From IMG/VR virus record IMGVR_UViG_3300042445_002545: DNA of 64,000 bases. One strand, written 5' to 3'. Under the pieces are notes generated by a model. It saw nothing but the letters and a program-made list of their open reading frames with translations, searched no databases and was not told where the DNA came from. This DNA is from an uncultured virus (IMG/VR IMGVR_UViG_3300042445_002545). Taxonomy: Duplodnaviria; Heunggongvirae; Uroviricota; Caudoviricetes. The translations under genes were made by a program, and so were the position numbers. Positions 61,737 to 64,000 of the stretch are shown piece after piece (positions within the stretch are counted from its first letter, which is position 1; the number at the start of each line of letters is the position of its first letter).

Positions 61737-62849
61737 ATGAGTCAAATAAACGTAGACATTATCACACCAAATGTGACAACAAATTTAACATTAACAGCTC
61801 CTGTTCAACAGGGGAACACAACCGCTAGTGGTTCTGATTCATCATCATGGGGTAAAAGTACAGCCGCAATCGGAGATTCCTCTCATGCTGAAGGTAGTCA
61901 AACAACCGCAACTGGTGATGCATCGCATACTGAGGGTAGTTATACAGCTGCTAGTGGTGCTGATTCACACGCTGAAGGTGAAAGTACAACGGCTAGTGGT
62001 AGTGCATCACACGCTGAAGGTTATTTATCAATAGCTAGTGGTAATTATTCACATGCTGAAGGTAGAGCTACAACTGCTAGTAAGTTGTATTCGCATGCTG
62101 AAGGTTATTTATCAATTGCTAGTGGTAACACATCACATGCTGAAGGTAGTAGTACAAGAGCTGGTGGTGATTCATCACATGCTGAAGGTAAAGGTGCAAT
62201 AGCTAATGGTGGTAGTTCGCATGCTGAAGGATTTGTTACAAGTGCACTTGGTGATAATTCTCATGCTGAAGGTAGATTAACATACGCTGGTGGTGATAAT
62301 TCACATGCTGAAGGTGATACAACATATGCTATTTTTGCTAACTCACATGCTGAAGGTTATGCTACAACTGCTGAAGGTGAGGCATCACACGCTGAAGGAT
62401 ATGAAACAATAGCAAGTGGTATTAATTCACACGCTGAAGGTAGTAGAGCAATAGCAAGTGGTGCTAATTCACATGCTGAAGGTAATGGTAGTGATGCTAT
62501 TGGTCTTGCGTCACACGCTGAAGGTCAACAAACAACGGCTAGTGGTGACTATTCACATAGTGAGGGTAATTTAACAATAGCTAGTGGTAGTTTTTCACAT
62601 GCTGGCGGTACAAATTCAACTGCTAGTGGTCTTTCATCATTTGTACATTCATATAGTTCAACAGTTAGTGGTGCTAGAAGTGCAATTATCGGTGGTGCTG
62701 GTATTATTGGTACAGCGGATGATACAGTTTATGTTCCAAGTCTTGAAACTAACGTGGTTGGTGAAGGTGTAATAATGAAAAGTCCAAATGGAACTAGATA
62801 TAAAGTAACTGTTAGTGATGCTGGTGTATTAACTGTAGTTGCAGCTTAA
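61737..62849 (+). CDS. Adhesin/tail-fibre-like protein with 14-aa SHAEG repeats
   Basis: About 18 tandem T.ASG..SHAEG units (42-bp period). Confidence 0.8.
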   Translation: MSQINVDIITPNVTTNLTLTAPVQQGNTTASGSDSSSWGKSTAAIGDSSHAEGSQTTATGDASHTEGSYTAASGADSHAEGESTTASGSASHAEGYLSIASGNYSHAEGRATTASKLYSHAEGYLSIASGNTSHAEGSSTRAGGDSSHAEGKGAIANGGSSHAEGFVTSALGDNSHAEGRLTYAGGDNSHAEGDTTYAIFANSHAEGYATTAEGEASHAEGYETIASGINSHAEGSRAIASGANSHAEGNGSDAIGLASHAEGQQTTASGDYSHSEGNLTIASGSFSHAGGTNSTASGLSSFVHSYSSTVSGARSAIIGGAGIIGTADDTVYVPSLETNVVGEGVIMKSPNGTRYKVTVSDAGVLTVVAA

Positions 62850-62870
62850 ACGTAATAAAAATAAATTAAT

Positions 62871-62900
62871 AAAAACCACAGTTTTCTGTGGTTTTTTTTT
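62871..62900. terminator. Bidirectional intrinsic terminator
   Basis: AAAAACCACAG-TTTT-CTGTGGTTTTTTTTT between convergent genes. Confidence 0.8.
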
Positions 62901-63139
62901 GTTTAATACTTTTTATTCTTTATATCTAAGTTTATTGAGTAAAATTGTTGTTGATGATTCAGGTAACATACTTTCACCACCACGTAAACTTAGTACTTTT
63001 TCACCATTGGTGATGAACATCATTTGACCTTCTAACCCTTTAGTAGTTTTAACCAAAGTATCTCGATTACCATTTATAAGTATTAACTTATGTTTCTGTA
63101 TTAGCTCAGCTAATTCTGTATAAAATTCTCTTGTCATAA

Positions 63140-64000
63140 TTATAACATTTTATATAATGACTTATCGTCATAGTTTAACATATATTCATTTACTGATGGT
63201 ATTTTACCATCAACTAATCCAAAGCACATTCCTGTGAAAGGTTTTAAATCATATTTATCACATAACTCAAATACCTTAGCAGCATATCTCTTTTTTTCAG
63301 ATGCTATTATACTATTAGGTTTATGCAACTTTAATTCTTCCCACAAAAACTTTAATCTATTAACCAAATCATCATAACCTTCTTTTAATCTCAATAATTC
63401 ATCTTTTCTATCTGGGAAAGTTGAAATGAATTCTTCAATTTCATTGGTTTTAACAATCACCATAATATTGTGTTCAGCAGTTTTACCTTTTAAGTGGTGA
63501 ACGGCCAGGTAGGCTGGATTTTTGATTTTAACTCTATTGTCATCAGCATCTCTAACCACATAGCCTTCTTCAGACCATGGCATGTTTTCAAATGTCTTGA
63601 TTAATGTACCAGCATTCTTAGCATTTAAATCATAAGATTTAACCAATGGTATTCCTAATGATACCGAAACCATAAATAAATCATTGTATGGTATTTCTTT
63701 TAATGTTAATCTATTTCTAACAGCCAATAATTTAGATGATGATTCACCATGTGGTGTTACAACAATATTATATGGTGTTGTTAATTCAAAAACATATACA
63801 TGGTCCTTATCTAATAGACAAGTGTTAAATGAATACTTTGAAATAACAGTGTCCCAAAATAATTCATTAAATGTTGTCCCGTATTTGTTATTAACTTCCC
63901 CTTCACCTTCAGCAGTACCCGTAGTTGCCGCAAACCAAATTTCTTTATGCCAATCCCAATAAACTTGAATCATTGTACCATCTTCTTTATTAAGAACATG
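63140..64000 (-). CDS. RNA ligase, T4 Rnl1-like (5' end outside the window)
   Basis: Frame is open to the window edge and includes motif I KEDGT; FELT, EGYVV, VKIKNPAY. Confidence 0.85.
   Translation of the reverse strand, partial: HVLNKEDGTMIQVYWDWHKEIWFAATTGTAEGEGEVNNKYGTTFNELFWDTVISKYSFNTCLLDKDHVYVFELTTPYNIVVTPHGESSSKLLAVRNRLTLKEIPYNDLFMVSVSLGIPLVKSYDLNAKNAGTLIKTFENMPWSEEGYVVRDADDNRVKIKNPAYLAVHHLKGKTAEHNIMVIVKTNEIEEFISTFPDRKDELLRLKEGYDDLVNRLKFLWEELKLHKPNSIIASEKKRYAAKVFELCDKYDLKPFTGMCFGLVDGKIPSVNEYMLNYDDKSLYKML

Noticed and set aside
431..63962. Many plus-strand ORFs antisense to minus-strand genes (e.g. 1517-1936, 26573-27019, 42516-42851, 60219-60614)
   Set aside because: Shadow ORFs of well-supported genes with no motifs of their own
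1..64000. Stop-codon recoding as seen in some Bacteroidota jumbo phages
   Set aside because: Known proteins are full length under the standard code, TAG and TGA end genes normally, and no suppressor tRNA was found

Overview
AT-rich, densely packed, mostly minus-strand segment of a large (jumbo-type) phage genome. The host is most likely a Bacteroidota/Flavobacteria bacterium, based on many TTG-N20-TAnnTTTG promoters, a DUF3127-like gene and a Bacteroidota-type sigma70. The window encodes many small hypothetical proteins, two sigma factors, SmpB, a split RNase R, lysozymes, DNA and RNA ligases, RNase H, RNA-repair-type phosphoesterases and nucleotidyltransferases, an ABC transporter/OmpA operon, a PAS histidine kinase with a receiver protein, and about 17 canonical tRNAs plus several odd tRNA-like RNAs. 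The main finding is a set of candidate tRNA-supply sensors. Each of three tRNA operons is headed by an identical 30-bp promoter, a short unannotated leader peptide, an antiterminator and an intrinsic terminator. The sensing codons of each leader match the amino acids of the tRNAs in that operon (K/T/G/Y/Q/P; F/D/A/E; L/V/C), which points to ribosome-stalling attenuators that turn on phage tRNAs when the matching charged tRNAs run short. A fourth, poly-Lys leader appears to control folding of tRNA-Lys directly. The second main finding is two integron-like arrays of attC-type gene cassettes (13 sites) with evidence of cassette reshuffling, genes in inverted orientation, and no integrase in the window. 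All functional calls come from reading motifs by eye; no searches were run.
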